DNA of 63,200 nucleotides, counting the filler, from Collodictyon triciliatum (lineage: Eukaryota), in the NCBI GenBank assembly GCA_043381765.1. It is 4 parts of 4 records of this genome, joined end to end, with 100 filler letters (N's around TTAATTAATTAA, not from the genome) between each part and the next. Parts side by side here need not be neighbours in the genome. Positions count along the whole stretch, not along the records: positions 51,647 to 63,200 come from JBHJMP010000116.1; 3 more parts are not named here. One strand, written 5' to 3'. The notes below the pieces were generated by a model. The model searched no databases. It was not told the origin of the DNA and was given only the letters and a program-made list of their open reading frames with translations. Position numbers and translations under genes: made by a program. Every line of letters begins with the position of its first letter. Within the stretch, counting starts at the first letter, position 1. Shown here piece after piece: positions 63,088 to 63,200 of this stretch.

Positions 63088-63200
63088 AAAAAACATAAAA
63101 ACATAAAAACATAAAAACATAAAAACATAAAAACATAAAAACATAAAAACATAAAAACATAAAAACATAAAAACATAAAAACATAAAAACATAAAAACAT
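63088..63200. repeat. (AAAAACAT)n tandem repeat running off the window end
   Basis: Direct inspection. Confidence 0.95.

Overview
Intron-rich, microsatellite-laden nuclear DNA from a flagellated unicellular eukaryote (it encodes radial spoke protein 3). It is a draft scaffold with many N gaps, three of which contain an artificial TTAATTAATTAA linker. Manual splicing supports about 16 genes in the standard genetic code. In order: an orphan gene (+), a GAF-GAF-GAF-PAS class I cyclic-nucleotide phosphodiesterase (-), a Wee1/Myt1-family kinase cut by a gap (+), SMC6 (+), a PMGV-repeat membrane protein (-), a TKL kinase (+), RSP3 (+), a DeSI/PPPDE peptidase with a PUL-like tail (-), an ARE/SOAT sterol O-acyltransferase (-), deoxyhypusine synthase (-), a PIG3-type quinone oxidoreductase (-), spermidine synthase (+), a BLOC1S4-like gene (-), a small coiled-coil gene (+), glutathione synthetase (-) and a gephyrin-type MogA-MoeA fusion (-). 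The most notable observations are five. (1) Three tiny inserts share an AATC(G/A)AATAAAGG+A end and are each flanked by perfect 12-19 bp direct repeats, like footprints of 5'-truncated retroelements. (2) Deoxyhypusine synthase and spermidine synthase lie within about 2.2 kb, with candidate uORFs. (3) The PDE carries a CyaB-like GAF-GAF-PAS sensor. (4) An 8-nt microexon encodes the DeSI catalytic His. (5) DHS needs a GC-AG intron. All calls come from manual translation and motif recognition; no searches were run.
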